64,000 nt of DNA from Sedimentisphaeraceae bacterium JB056 (lineage in GTDB: Bacteria; Planctomycetota; Phycisphaerae; Sedimentisphaerales; Sedimentisphaeraceae): the NCBI GenBank assembly GCA_044440125.1, contig JBITAJ010000004.1, forward strand, positions 160,001 through 224,000. The letters run 5' to 3'. A program made the position numbers and the translations under genes. Position 1 is the first letter of the stretch. Each line of letters begins with the position of its first letter. The notes under the pieces were generated by a model that saw nothing but the letters and a program-made list of their open reading frames with translations, had not been told where the DNA came from and made no database searches. Below, piece after piece: positions 1 to 10,352 of this stretch.

Positions 1-1268
1 TTACGATCCTTCTCGATTATCCATCTCATATCCTGAACATTAGGTGTTTCAGGAACTATAGACTCATCCCTAAGCCCATGGAAAAGCATAAACGCAGAAT
101 CCTGCGTATGTTTCCCTGTAAATATTCCCTTGTTAAATGCCTTAGGAGTATTTAACGCAGCCTTGAGATTAAATTCGCTCTCTGCAAGCAAAGTCAGATC
201 AGGTGCATCAGAAAGACAGTCCCCTTCAAATATCTCACTCTTTCTATAAACTTTCTTGATGACCTTCCTGCTGTTATACTTGAGATTGTTAAAATAATCC
301 TCAAGTTCACTGAGAAGCCCGACTGATTCTTCACGGCTTACTGAGCCATTGGGATACTTGTCCTGATAATTCAGATATATCCTGCCCGGATCAAGCGCAA
401 AAGCTTTTGTCTTTGAGTTGATATCCTGAAGCTGTGTCTTTTCCCCATCAAGATGAAGCATACCCTCATCCATCAACAGATGATTCACATAAACATCACG
501 ATGAAGATTTTCAAACCCGTGATCAGAAAGCATTACAACAAGATTGTTCTCAGACAACTTTGACATTATCTCGCCGATTATCTTGTCTATGCGGCCAAAA
601 TGAAGTGAGAACGCTGTATTGAGCTTATGTTTTGGATTTTCATAAGCATCCCAGAGAAAGTGCATAAGCCTGTCAGTACCGGTAAATACAAGCATAAACG
701 TTGACCAGTCTATACTGTCATCCCAAAGATATCGGTAAGCGGCAACTCTTGCATCAAGTGTATTATCCAGGTCCTCAAGGAAACTGTGCATGGAAGTATG
801 AGCCTTCCTGGAATCAACGTCAAGCTTGTAATTGATATCACAAAGCTGATCAACTATATTCTGAGGATAAACGCTTTTGTTTATATCTATTGAAACAAAC
901 CCGGAAACGTGTATTCCATTCATCGGATGAACAGGATAAGTGGAAGGCACATTCATTATTACAGACTTGCCGGGCCACTGCTCCCAAAAAGGAGGGCTTT
1001 TAAGATCGTTATAGTTAGGGAATTTGAGACGGTAGCTGTCAGGATGAAGATCCGTAAAACCATATATACCATGCTCTCCCGGATTCTTGCCAGTAATTAT
1101 ACTCGACCAGGCAACGCTTGATATCTCAGGTATTGTCGAATTACTCTTCTTGAAAACACCTTCACTGATAAGCCTTGCCGTATTGGGCATAATACCTTCA
1201 TCGGCAAAATCCTTTATCATATCGAACGGCACACCATCAAGTCCTATTATAACAATCTTGTCTTTCAT
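1..1268 (-). CDS. Alkaline phosphatase superfamily / type I phosphodiesterase-nucleotide pyrophosphatase (3' end outside window)
   Basis: Not in the ORF track because it runs off the edge. Manual translation from ATG 1268 gives MKDKIVIIGLDGVPFD...STIPEISSVAWSSIITGKNPGEHGIYGF...FTGTDRLMHFLW...MLSDHGF, open to base 1. Confidence 0.85.
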   Translation of the reverse strand, partial: MKDKIVIIGLDGVPFDMIKDFADEGIMPNTARLISEGVFKKSNSTIPEISSVAWSSIITGKNPGEHGIYGFTDLHPDSYRLKFPNYNDLKSPPFWEQWPGKSVIMNVPSTYPVHPMNGIHVSGFVSIDINKSVYPQNIVDQLCDINYKLDVDSRKAHTSMHSFLEDLDNTLDARVAAYRYLWDDSIDWSTFMLVFTGTDRLMHFLWDAYENPKHKLNTAFSLHFGRIDKIIGEIMSKLSENNLVVMLSDHGFENLHRDVYVNHLLMDEGMLHLDGEKTQLQDINSKTKAFALDPGRIYLNYQDKYPNGSVSREESVGLLSELEDYFNNLKYNSRKVIKKVYRKSEIFEGDCLSDAPDLTLLAESEFNLKAALNTPKAFNKGIFTGKHTQDSAFMLFHGLRDESIVPETPNVQDMRWIIEKDR

Positions 1269-1361
1269 AGTATTCTCTGTAATCGCTGTTGAATTCCTTT
1301 AAGTACTATTTTAACCACTAAAAACCTCCCCGCCAGCCTAACTCACAGGGAAATAAACCTA

Positions 1362-3446
1362 TCAATCATTATTCTGTGCTATCATCTTTGCCTTAACCAC
1401 AAGGATTGCTGTAGCAAGCTGCGGATCCGATTCCACTGTTTCCTGAGCCGAGTGCCTTGCTATCTCATTCTCTTTATAATCATGGTCGGCCTTAACCAGC
1501 ACTGCATTATCCTTCTGTACCTCTACATATTTCTTAGCCTCTTTCGGCGTAAGTTCAACAGAAAAGTCCGGACTGATACCCCAGTCATCCCTGCCCTCTT
1601 TTTCAAGCTGATACCGATTCTTTACCGGCTGACCTGATGGAAGATGGTAGAAAGCCATAGTGTATTTCAGTTGAGCGCCGCCGCCGGGGGCCTCAGTTAT
1701 GGTCTGTACACTTCCCTTGCCGTAAGTCCTCGTACCAACGAGTGTGGCACGTTTGTATTTCTCGTCTTTGAGTGCTCCGGCTACAATCTCAGAAGCTGAA
1801 GCACTGCCGCCGTTTATCAGAAGTACGAGCGGATAGTTAGGAATTGTAGCTTTCTTGGTAGCCTTGAGCTCTTCACCAAAACCCCATCTGGGCTTTGTGC
1901 TTACTATGACGCCCTTGTCAACAAACATATCTACAACCTCGCCCGCTGTTTGAAGCAGACCGCCGGAATTATAACGAAGATCAATTATAAGACCCTTCAA
2001 GCCCTCTTTTTCAAGCTGCTTTATAGCCTTTTCCATATAATCCGCGGTAGTACTGGTAAACCCTGTTATCAGCATATATCCAATGCCGCTTTCAGGATCT
2101 ATCATGTATTCCCAACCGGCATCAGCCGTTCGCTGCCAGCCGCGAATTGTCGGAACAACAATCTTGGCACGCTTGATAGTGATATCGCGGGCTTCATCGG
2201 CATCCTTGCTGCGGACAGTAAGAGTAACATCCGTGCCATCAGGGCCGGTAATACGGCTTACCGCACAATTGATAGTCATATCTTCTGTTGGAACGCCGTC
2301 AACTTTCTCGATAACATCCTCGGCATCAAGCCCTGAATTGTAAGCAGGAGTACCCGGAAGAAGACTCATAACCATAAGATCACCGGTGGATTTGGATATT
2401 TCAACACCTATACCGGAAAATTGCTGCGTGATGCTCTTCTCGAACTCTTTCGTATAGAAAGGCCACACAACATTCGTATAAGGATCAAGAACCGAAAGAG
2501 CAGCCTCTGTGAAATGACTGACGATTATCTCATTGGATATATTAATAGTCTGCTCGTTGAGAACAAGAAGCTTAAGGAATGACTCAAGAAAATCCTTATG
2601 ATTAAGCCTTGCAAGCGGCCCGCTATTAAGCTCACTTCTGATCTTGCGAACGCCTGCTATCCAACTTTGCACTTGAGTCTTATCAAACTCAACATTGACA
2701 TCTTCATTTTCAAAAGACATCACCTCGGCAAGCAAAATGCATCTGTCAAAAGCCTTATCCGCAACACGATCATAATCAATCAGATCGACATACCCAAAAT
2801 CCAGCATTTTGATTGTTCTGATAAACATCACAGGGTCTATGCCCTCAAAACGCTCCTCGCTGCTCTCACATGGACTGTCAACCATGGAGCCCTCGATTGC
2901 CATCTTGTCAATCAGCTCTTCCGACTTGTCCTTATAGGTTTCCTTATCCTCGTAAAGAGAAGAAAGCCAGTAATAACCCGTGTAAGCCTCCGCCCATTTG
3001 CCCTTGGCTTCTTGCTCAATGCAGTCGGAGATTGTCTTGTCAACCATTTCCTTTACAAACTCATCGGCCAGAAGAGCCTTCTTCTGCTCTTCATTTGCGT
3101 ACCTGCTGCTGCTTATAAGTGCTACATACGCATCAGCAATATCATTGGCATCACTCGGCAAACCTTTAGCCTTTATCTCTTCGAATTCCTTAAACTTTTC
3201 AAGATAAGTCTCTTCTTTGGATTTCTGCCTCTTGTCTGTAAGCTGCTTGTAGGAATCAATTACTCCCAGAAGCTCCTTGGCCTTGCTATTGTCAGTATTT
3301 TCAAGTAATTTTTCGGCCTTTTCAATCTCACCACTGCAGATGAGATCGGATCCCTGCTTTACAAGATCTGATTCCGCAGAAAACGCAGAACCGCAGAAAG
3401 CAGAAATAGCGACTAACAAGACCGTCAATATCGTCATTTTCTTCAT
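1362..3446 (-). CDS. S41 family carboxy-terminal processing protease with signal peptide and PDZ domain
   Basis: LDPYT, FSGIGVEI (PDZ), IIDLRYNSGG, GGSASASE (catalytic Ser) and TYGKGSVQ (catalytic Lys). Confidence 0.92.
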   Translation of the reverse strand: MKKMTILTVLLVAISAFCGSAFSAESDLVKQGSDLICSGEIEKAEKLLENTDNSKAKELLGVIDSYKQLTDKRQKSKEETYLEKFKEFEEIKAKGLPSDANDIADAYVALISSSRYANEEQKKALLADEFVKEMVDKTISDCIEQEAKGKWAEAYTGYYWLSSLYEDKETYKDKSEELIDKMAIEGSMVDSPCESSEERFEGIDPVMFIRTIKMLDFGYVDLIDYDRVADKAFDRCILLAEVMSFENEDVNVEFDKTQVQSWIAGVRKIRSELNSGPLARLNHKDFLESFLKLLVLNEQTINISNEIIVSHFTEAALSVLDPYTNVVWPFYTKEFEKSITQQFSGIGVEISKSTGDLMVMSLLPGTPAYNSGLDAEDVIEKVDGVPTEDMTINCAVSRITGPDGTDVTLTVRSKDADEARDITIKRAKIVVPTIRGWQRTADAGWEYMIDPESGIGYMLITGFTSTTADYMEKAIKQLEKEGLKGLIIDLRYNSGGLLQTAGEVVDMFVDKGVIVSTKPRWGFGEELKATKKATIPNYPLVLLINGGSASASEIVAGALKDEKYKRATLVGTRTYGKGSVQTITEAPGGGAQLKYTMAFYHLPSGQPVKNRYQLEKEGRDDWGISPDFSVELTPKEAKKYVEVQKDNAVLVKADHDYKENEIARHSAQETVESDPQLATAILVVKAKMIAQNND

Positions 3447-3631
3447 ATTACAATCATCCTAATATAATTCAGCATACTAAATTTATCGCTCTATTTTACA
3501 AAATTAGTTCAATAACACAATCGCGCTTTGAAAAATTAATTCCGGCAGGTAGGAAATTGTACAATACAGCAACTTCCCATCAAAGAAATGCCTCTAAAGC
3601 CCCCTCTATAAACAAAAAACAAAATATAAAT

Positions 3632-4453
3632 TTACCGCTGTTTTTTATATTCACATCTATTTGAAAGTATGCCTTTGATGGCAAGATCGCGATACGGTGC
3701 TGATGCATCATAAAACCGGCGGCTCGTGTCGACTGTCTGGATTCCCATGTCAGGTTCATGGTCTTTAAGTTGAGCAATTATTTTCCCGTCAGGCTGAATG
3801 AAGCAACACGGATAAGGGCTTATTTTCGCGCATGAATTGGTCATGCTGACCCAGAAGTAATTCGTCGCCGCACGGCACTGCATGGTCTGCCTCATTATAT
3901 GGCTATGGACACTCGGCTCTTCCTGCCTTGCATTATAAAATGACTGGAAAACACACTCAACGTTCATTTTTTTAAGTTCACGGTAAAGCTCAGGAAAACG
4001 CAGGTCATAGCATATCAAAAGAGCACATTTGACACCTTTAAACTCAAAGGTCGTGAAATGCTCGCCAGGCTGATAATGCACAATGTCTCCGGGAGTACAG
4101 AATCGCTTGTCATAGCGGCCGCACACTTGCCCTTGTTCATTGATCAGAAGCAAACTGTTATGAACCGCTGCGGATTCCTGATCGCGGTAATTTGTCCCAA
4201 GCACCACCCATATTCCAAGCTCAGCGGCAAGTAATTTGATCTTCTCGGTCTCACTGTCCAGAAGAGCCCAGTCATATCTGTCAAAACCGGCAATATCTAC
4301 ACCGGCGTACCCGCCAAGGGCACACTCTGAAAAATGCACGATATCTGCCCCCTTGCCAGAAGCCTCCTTCATAAACGAAACTATCCATTTACTGTTGGTT
4401 AGTATATCCCCGCTTACGGCAAACTGACAAAACGCTGCTTTGAAACTGCCCAT
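3632..4453 (-). CDS. Carbon-nitrogen hydrolase (nitrilase family)
   Basis: E-K-C triad motifs HFSEC, YDKRF, ICYDLRFPE. ATG 4453 with upstream GAGGG RBS is preferred over the TTG at 4477. Confidence 0.9.
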   Translation of the reverse strand: MGSFKAAFCQFAVSGDILTNSKWIVSFMKEASGKGADIVHFSECALGGYAGVDIAGFDRYDWALLDSETEKIKLLAAELGIWVVLGTNYRDQESAAVHNSLLLINEQGQVCGRYDKRFCTPGDIVHYQPGEHFTTFEFKGVKCALLICYDLRFPELYRELKKMNVECVFQSFYNARQEEPSVHSHIMRQTMQCRAATNYFWVSMTNSCAKISPYPCCFIQPDGKIIAQLKDHEPDMGIQTVDTSRRFYDASAPYRDLAIKGILSNRCEYKKQR

Positions 4454-4463
4454 AATCAATCCC

Positions 4464-4757
4464 TCAATAATCGTCAAAACTTTCGCTGTTATGTATTCTC
4501 ACGTTTTTACGATAAGCCTTTTCGGGGTCTTCATACTTATCTCTGGAACTATGGCCTATCTGTATGAACATCTTTATCGCCGTACCTATACACCAAAGAG
4601 CTGCAAAAAAGATTAGTCCTGCGGCAATAACGATAAATACAGCCTTCAAGACGATTACAAGTATGCCAATCCCAAGCAGAAGAAGCCCAACGGCAAGCAA
4701 TGCGCCCGCAGCCTTTCTGGTGGCGTTGGAAATTGAATAATAATCAAATTTAAACAT
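4464..4757 (-). CDS. Small two-TM membrane protein
   Basis: 97 aa, two hydrophobic segments, GAGGAG RBS, in line with neighbours. Confidence 0.7.
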   Translation of the reverse strand: MFKFDYYSISNATRKAAGALLAVGLLLLGIGILVIVLKAVFIVIAAGLIFFAALWCIGTAIKMFIQIGHSSRDKYEDPEKAYRKNVRIHNSESFDDY

Positions 4758-4783
4758 CTTTCTCCTCGTTACTTATATAAAAC

Positions 4784-6682
4784 TTAATTCTTCCTCTTAA
4801 AGATTACATGAGTGCCAATCTTAGGATGAAACAGCCCGCGAGAGCTGAACTGATAAGATTTTTCGTCCACAATATAGTAATTCTCGCGGATGTATTTCCT
4901 AAGCTCTGCCATCGCGGCAAACCTGTCCGCCTCATCTTTACCGATTTTTTCAGCAAGCATATTATAGTACTGCTTCTCATACTGAGCAACTATCATCTCA
5001 TTTTCCGGCAGAAATCCCTTTGGCGTTGACGGCCAGAGTTCAAGTTGAGGTCTGTCCCATGGGAAATGACGCTTACGGCTATCTACAATGAACAGCGGTT
5101 TTTCCTCTTTGAAGCTCTTCAGCAAATCACGCATCAAACCGGCTATCTGCTTAGGACTCTTAACATGCATTTCACTCTCAAAGGCCTTTTTATACGGGCT
5201 GAGCCTCTGAGCCTCTACGTACATCCCCGGAAACCAGCCCCAAACATACATAGTATCATCTTCGCTGCTGCTGCGTTTGATAAACTCTGAAACCTTTTCC
5301 CAGGAGGCAAGATTGCCGGCACTATGAGCAGAAGCTTCCTTGAGTCGCTGTGAATATCCTTTAACGCGTTTTCCATCGGGATATTTATCCCCGCTGTGGA
5401 AAGTATGATCAAAACCGGCAAATACATCCCAGCTCATCAGAATCATGAATATTACGGCAACCATTCCGCCGCCGGCATAAAACATCTTATTATTTTTACT
5501 TGCAGCCGCATTTTTCGCATAAAGCCATACAATGTAACCACCTGTAACAGAAGCAGATAATGTAAGAGGTATATAGTATTGTTCATAAGAACGCGGACTT
5601 ATCCACACAAAGAGCATATCAAATATCCAGCAAACCGCCGGGAGAAAAACAAGCCTGTCGGCAACAGATATATCGTATTTTTTCTTCTTACCGAATATAT
5701 CACACGTATTCCTGTACTTAGCTATAATCAGCGAAAGCAGAGCCAGCAATATAGGCAGCAGCAAAGCCTTGTAATATCGCAAGACAACCGGAGTCTGCTC
5801 TTTTATACCCATCAAACTGCGGCTCCTTTCAAGATAACCGCCCTTGCTCTCACTTTTCGCCTCTTTGCTGCCATCGGCCTGCTTGTTATCTGAACTTTTC
5901 TCCTGCTTCGGCGAGCTTTTGAAAGGCTTTACCGCATATCTCTTGAGAAATGTATAAGGGCCGCTCATCGGAACATCACCTGCCGCAAGCCATATATGGA
6001 GCGGAGCCAGCGTCACAAGCATGCCAATAAAGACAAGCACACCATCCTTGAGCACTTCCTTGAAAGGCTTCCATTTGAAGATTACAGAAACAAACAGAAA
6101 TGAGGCCATTGCGAGTGTCATTGAAAAGCCGGTTTCCTTAAATCCGGGAGCAAACGCCAGTGCCGCACCGCAAATTACCGCCCATATCTTCCTGCCGCCG
6201 CCGTAATACAGGAAAAACGAGCCTATAGAGATACCGATACAGGCAGTCATGAATTCCTCTTTGACATTACCATACTTGGCAATAAACGGTGCGGAAATAT
6301 AAATCGAGGTCAAAAGGGTACTTATAAAAGCTGCGGCTCGTCCGAAATGTTTCTTCACACCCATAAAAATAAGAACCAACGCGGCAAGCTGCATCAGACC
6401 TTGTATTATCTTAGGGCCCACATCACTGTAGCCGAATATCTTGACGCCGAGTATATTCACAAGCAGAGTGCTTATCTTGGCGGTGGGAACCTCATCAACA
6501 CCGATCTTAGCACCCCTGATTATATGCTCTGCTGAGTAAACATACGCACCGCTGTCAAAAGCGCCCGGCGTATTCAATTCACAATACTTACCAAGCACGA
6601 AAGGCACAGCGATAACTGATGCCATGATAACTGTAAGGAATGATATCTTGCTAAATGCAGTCTTAAATATTTCTGATTTCAT
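4784..6682 (-). CDS. GT-C-type membrane glycosyltransferase (ArnT/PMT-like)
   Basis: Multi-TM. N-terminal DSGAYVYSAE and later AFAPGFKET pattern, soluble C-terminal region with MYVWGW. Confidence 0.65.
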   Translation of the reverse strand: MKSEIFKTAFSKISFLTVIMASVIAVPFVLGKYCELNTPGAFDSGAYVYSAEHIIRGAKIGVDEVPTAKISTLLVNILGVKIFGYSDVGPKIIQGLMQLAALVLIFMGVKKHFGRAAAFISTLLTSIYISAPFIAKYGNVKEEFMTACIGISIGSFFLYYGGGRKIWAVICGAALAFAPGFKETGFSMTLAMASFLFVSVIFKWKPFKEVLKDGVLVFIGMLVTLAPLHIWLAAGDVPMSGPYTFLKRYAVKPFKSSPKQEKSSDNKQADGSKEAKSESKGGYLERSRSLMGIKEQTPVVLRYYKALLLPILLALLSLIIAKYRNTCDIFGKKKKYDISVADRLVFLPAVCWIFDMLFVWISPRSYEQYYIPLTLSASVTGGYIVWLYAKNAAASKNNKMFYAGGGMVAVIFMILMSWDVFAGFDHTFHSGDKYPDGKRVKGYSQRLKEASAHSAGNLASWEKVSEFIKRSSSEDDTMYVWGWFPGMYVEAQRLSPYKKAFESEMHVKSPKQIAGLMRDLLKSFKEEKPLFIVDSRKRHFPWDRPQLELWPSTPKGFLPENEMIVAQYEKQYYNMLAEKIGKDEADRFAAMAELRKYIRENYYIVDEKSYQFSSRGLFHPKIGTHVIFKRKN

Positions 6683-6908
6683 AATATTGCTTCATACTGG
6701 TAGCCGTTCACTCATTTACCCCAATCCGTCAATTATACGCTTTGAAATTGGTTGGATGTTTCTGCTAAACAGCAATCTTAATATGTTCACACAAGATTTT
6801 ATTAAGTGGTGTGAACGATTACTCATACTATTAGTTTAAAATATCTATAATTAAGTAGGTACATTCTACCTAAAAAACCAAAGGAAGCAACAAAAAGACG
6901 AAAGCATG

Positions 6909-7166
6909 CTAATAGCGATATCGCAGCTGAGCTATTATCAGGGTATTGTTCTCGAATTTATACACCATCCGATCTACTTCGCTTATCCGCCGCGACCACC
7001 ATGTTGTAAAATTCCCCTTTAAGGGTTCCGGTTTGCCAATACCCTCATAAGGATTGCGGACACAATCTTTCAGCAAGGCGTTTATCCGCTTCACTTTTTT
7101 CTTATCACAAGCCTGCCAATACAAATAATCCTCCCAAGCCTGCGCTGAAAATTTAAGATTTGCCAT
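6909..7166 (-). CDS. yoeB: Txe/YoeB family toxin
   Basis: AWEDYLYWQ...GIGKPEPLKG...WSRRI...DRMVY; overlaps the antitoxin end. Confidence 0.95.
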   Translation of the reverse strand: MANLKFSAQAWEDYLYWQACDKKKVKRINALLKDCVRNPYEGIGKPEPLKGNFTTWWSRRISEVDRMVYKFENNTLIIAQLRYRY

Positions 7167-7419
7167 CTAAAATAGACTCCAGGCTTTTCTCTACTCCGCC
7201 GTTATCCTCGAGTGATTTTATGGAATCAATAAGTCTCTCTGCGTTTTGGGGACTTCGCAGAAGATATATTGTCTCAGCCCACGACTCGTAATCTTCAAGA
7301 CTCATCATCACGACAGCTTCTTTTTTCTTGCGAATTATAACTGGATTGCGATCACTGCAAACTCTATCAATAGTCTTCGCAAAGTCTGCCCGTGCAGCGG
7401 AATATGTCATTGTATCCAT
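7153..7419 (-). CDS. yefM: Phd/YefM family antitoxin
   Basis: MDTMTYSAARADFAKTIDRV...VVMMSLEDYES..ETIYLLRSPQNAERL; probable start ATG 7419. Confidence 0.93.
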   Translation of the reverse strand: MDTMTYSAARADFAKTIDRVCSDRNPVIIRKKKEAVVMMSLEDYESWAETIYLLRSPQNAERLIDSIKSLEDNGGVEKSLESILDGKS

Positions 7420-7456
7420 TGTTCTACCCTTTATAAGGTTGTTTTTAACAAAAAAA

Positions 7457-7480
7457 TTGTACAACTTTATTGTACAATAA
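7457..7480. promoter_or_regulatory. YefM-YoeB operator (two TGTACA palindromes)
   Basis: TTGTACAA at 7457-7464 and perfect TTATTGTACAATAA at 7467-7480, just upstream of yefM. Confidence 0.75.
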
Positions 7481-7588
7481 CTTATTGGTTTAATCAACTG
7501 TATTTGTCATTTTTCGATATTTGATCTCGAGTAGTAGAAAGCAAAGACTTATAATAAAAGAAATTCAAATAAATAATGGCATTACTAA

Positions 7589-7616
7589 TTGACAAGCTTA
7601 TCGAATATACTAAACT
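7589..7616 (+). promoter_or_regulatory. Putative sigma70 promoter
   Basis: TTGACA-N16-TAAACT upstream of AGGAG RBS and GTG 7662. Confidence 0.5.
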
Positions 7617-7661
7617 AAAGTGAAAGAAAGCTTAAATCCAACACAACAAAGGAGTATAAAC

Positions 7662-9090
7662 GTGAAACCCATAATCGCGACATTCATAATGTTTTCATCG
7701 TTAGTTTCTGCATATGCGGATCAAATTGCATTACCAATAGATGTACAAGACGGACTGGAAAACATGTGGTCTGTTCAAAAAAATGGGTATATGTATACAA
7801 AACAGCCTAAATCTTTTTTGTATAGAGACAAATATTACTATTGCCCTGCTCCAGTACTCTCTGTTGATGAAACTACTTTCCCTGCGCATGAATCGGCAAC
7901 TCGAATTCTCCACGAATCAGGAACTGAATTACAAATAGGTCCTAAAGTAATTGGTTCTGTTCATGTTACCCGTAAAATATTTTTCGGCAAAGGGGAAGGG
8001 TATGTACGATTTCTCGAAATTTTCGATAACAAATCAACTACACCGGTCTCCGTAAAAGTTTCCCTTTATAGCAAACCTAGAGACTCAAATATTGTCTGGA
8101 ATGATGATCATTGCGTTGTTGTTTCAGGAAACAATGCTACAGCTATTGAGTTTTTTTCTGGAATAGGCGGAGCAAATCAACCCACACGAGACAAAAGTGT
8201 TAGCCATATTTCTTACTGGTGGGATTCAATTCCAATCCAACCTCAATCAAAGGTTGCAATACTCCATTTTTTAGCGATAAGACCAAAACGGGAACAAGCT
8301 CTTGAGTTTGCTCAAGCATTTGATGTTGCACCTGCTTGTATTGACATCGACCCAAGCGACCTTGCCACTATCATAAATTATGATCCAAGAACACTTGGCG
8401 CAAAAGCGGGAATTGAAATTTTTAGAGGAGAAGAAAAAGAAGCCCTGCTTTTGAAATCTGGAGATAAATTAACAGGAACTGTACAAAATGAAAATTTCAG
8501 AATACAAACTTCATACGCACAACTCGAATTCTCCGCAAGCGATATTGCTACAGTTATTTATGAAGGTGGAGCAAACAACATAGAACGAATTGTTGTTCTT
8601 AATGGTGACGTTTTTAGCGGATTTATACTTGATGCAGAAGTAGCGGTCAAACTTGATGCTGGTCCACTAATTAAAATCAGAAAAGAAAAAATATCCAAGC
8701 TTGGATTTCGTGTACGAGCTGATGAAAAGGAAAAATATCCGGTTAAACACGATATTACTCTCACTAATGGAGATCATTTTTCAGGTACAATTAAAAATCA
8801 ATCGCTGAAAATAGGTGCTGCTTTTGGTGAAATGCCCGTAGAAATTGAACAAATTGCAAAAATCGAATTTATTAGTAAAAAGGGTACCGTTACAGAAATT
8901 ACTCTTAAAAATGGAGACAAAGTCTCTGGTTTTTTTAAAAGATGAGGATATTTTAGTCATACTTGATTTTGGGGGAGAAGTATCAATCTATCAAGATAGG
9001 ATAGAAAAAATCATCTTTGATAAGGACTTGTTAAAAGAAATAGCAGAAATGGATTTGAAAAAATCGGAAGAAACCACTAATACACAATAA
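7662..9090 (+). pseudogene. Secreted protein with four [TLV]L.[NS]GD..[ST]G beta repeats, frameshifted at a T7A4 run
   Basis: Signal peptide after GTG 7662. The fourth repeat begins in ORF 7620..8945 and completes in the frame of ORF 8845..9090. Confidence 0.7.
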
Positions 9091-9128
9091 AATATAATGA
9101 GTTATAATTAAAAAGGAATTGGAAAATC

Positions 9129-9641
9129 ATGAAGAAATTTACTATATTGATTACAAACGTAATTCTCTTAGCTTGGACTAACAGCATTATAGCGGAGGAA
9201 GTAGAGCGGGATTGGGTGCTGTAGTATGATACTTTCCCCCCAATATGTCAAGAAGGTCAAGAACCATATACGGACATTAATACCACGGCTATTTCTGTAC
9301 CGGCCGACAAATCTTTTGTCTTAGACAAGATTGTTTTTGGGTATGGTAATTATAGTAATGCCACGTCTTTGCCGGAATATGATCCAGCCGTTTTATTGCC
9401 AGATATCATAATTCGTTATAACATAACATTTTACCATGATCTTATGAGAATAAATGGCGGAGAAGAAATTACGGTGCAATGCCAATGTCAAGAAGATGAA
9501 ATGTATATACACCCAGAAGATCTAAAAACTATTTATATATATGGGTATTGGGATTTACCTTATAACGAGTCAGACTTAACCAAAGACGGCAATGTAAATT
9601 TGGAAGATCTCATGATGCTTGCCGCAAACTGGCTGATGTAA
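9129..9641 (+). pseudogene. Small secreted dockerin-type protein interrupted by an in-frame TAG
   Basis: ATG 9129 gives MKKFTILITNVILLAWTNSIIA. TAG at 9222-9224; the same frame is then open to DLTKDGNVNLEDLMMLAANWLM. Confidence 0.7.
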
Positions 9642-9756
9642 TTACCAAATACCGCATATGTAGCATATCACATTTTATTTGGGAAAAGCTAAAAGACATC
9701 TGCACCAGTTTCATTATTTGATTTAATATTATAAAAAGTGCGGAAGTAGAGCAGTT

Positions 9757-9990
9757 TTATTTCTTGCGTAGATCAATAACCTTACCATTGTCGTCATACA
9801 AATAAAGAGAATCAGCTTTGGGTTCAAATTGTATGCCGTGGTCACCTTCAATTGGTTTAATATGATCTATATGTGTCCAAAAAATTTCTGGTGGAATACC
9901 TTCTGGAAAAGCTTTGCACGCAGGTTGCTTGCTCGGCAAATCAGCAAGTATATGTATGCAATCATCGCATCTTGTAAAACCTTGACTCAT
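9757..9990 (-). CDS. Small Cys/His-rich protein (CxxCxH...CxAFPxGIP...DH..P..GDxGIxFE family)
   Basis: ATG 9990 with AGGAG RBS; MSQGFTRCDDCIH...CKAFPEGIPPEIF..HIDHIKPIEGDHGIQFEP. Confidence 0.75.
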   Translation of the reverse strand: MSQGFTRCDDCIHILADLPSKQPACKAFPEGIPPEIFWTHIDHIKPIEGDHGIQFEPKADSLYLYDDNGKVIDLRKK

Positions 9991-10081
9991 TATATCACTC
10001 CTGTTATTTTGATAATATATAAAATTTATTATTATTAAATAAGAGTGTATAGTCCCACTATTTCCGCAAAATCTTAATGGT

Positions 10082-10330
10082 TTAAAGCTTATTGAGCCCC
10101 ATGAGTGAAAAAGTGGCAATCAATGCACCTATAAGCGCAATAGGAGGGTTTTTGATTATTACCGCAAATACTACTAAAGCCGTACCGGTAATTACAAGCG
10201 ACATTTTACGCTGCCTAAGCCATGCCCGAAATTCACTGTCAGGCTTTTGGTCACCGTATTGCGGTTCCCCGCATTCAGGACAAAACTTATCGCTATCAGC
10301 TAACTGCTTACCGCATTTTGAACAAAACAT
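10082..10330 (-). CDS. Zinc-ribbon domain membrane protein
   Basis: MFCSKCG...FCPECG followed by two TM segments; AAGGAG RBS. Confidence 0.85.
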   Translation of the reverse strand: MFCSKCGKQLADSDKFCPECGEPQYGDQKPDSEFRAWLRQRKMSLVITGTALVVFAVIIKNPPIALIGALIATFSLMGLNKL

Positions 10331-10352
10331 AAAACTCCTTTATTCATCATAT

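Noticed and set aside
3556..3565. ATTGTACAAT matching the YefM operator core upstream of the S41 protease
   Set aside because: A single 10-bp AT-rich palindrome without a second core; plausible by chance.
6786..6872. Two hairpins (GTTCACAC/GTGTGAAC; TAGGTA/TACCTA) downstream of yoeB as an ncRNA or attC site
   Set aside because: No attC core boxes or integrase; could simply be terminators or operators.
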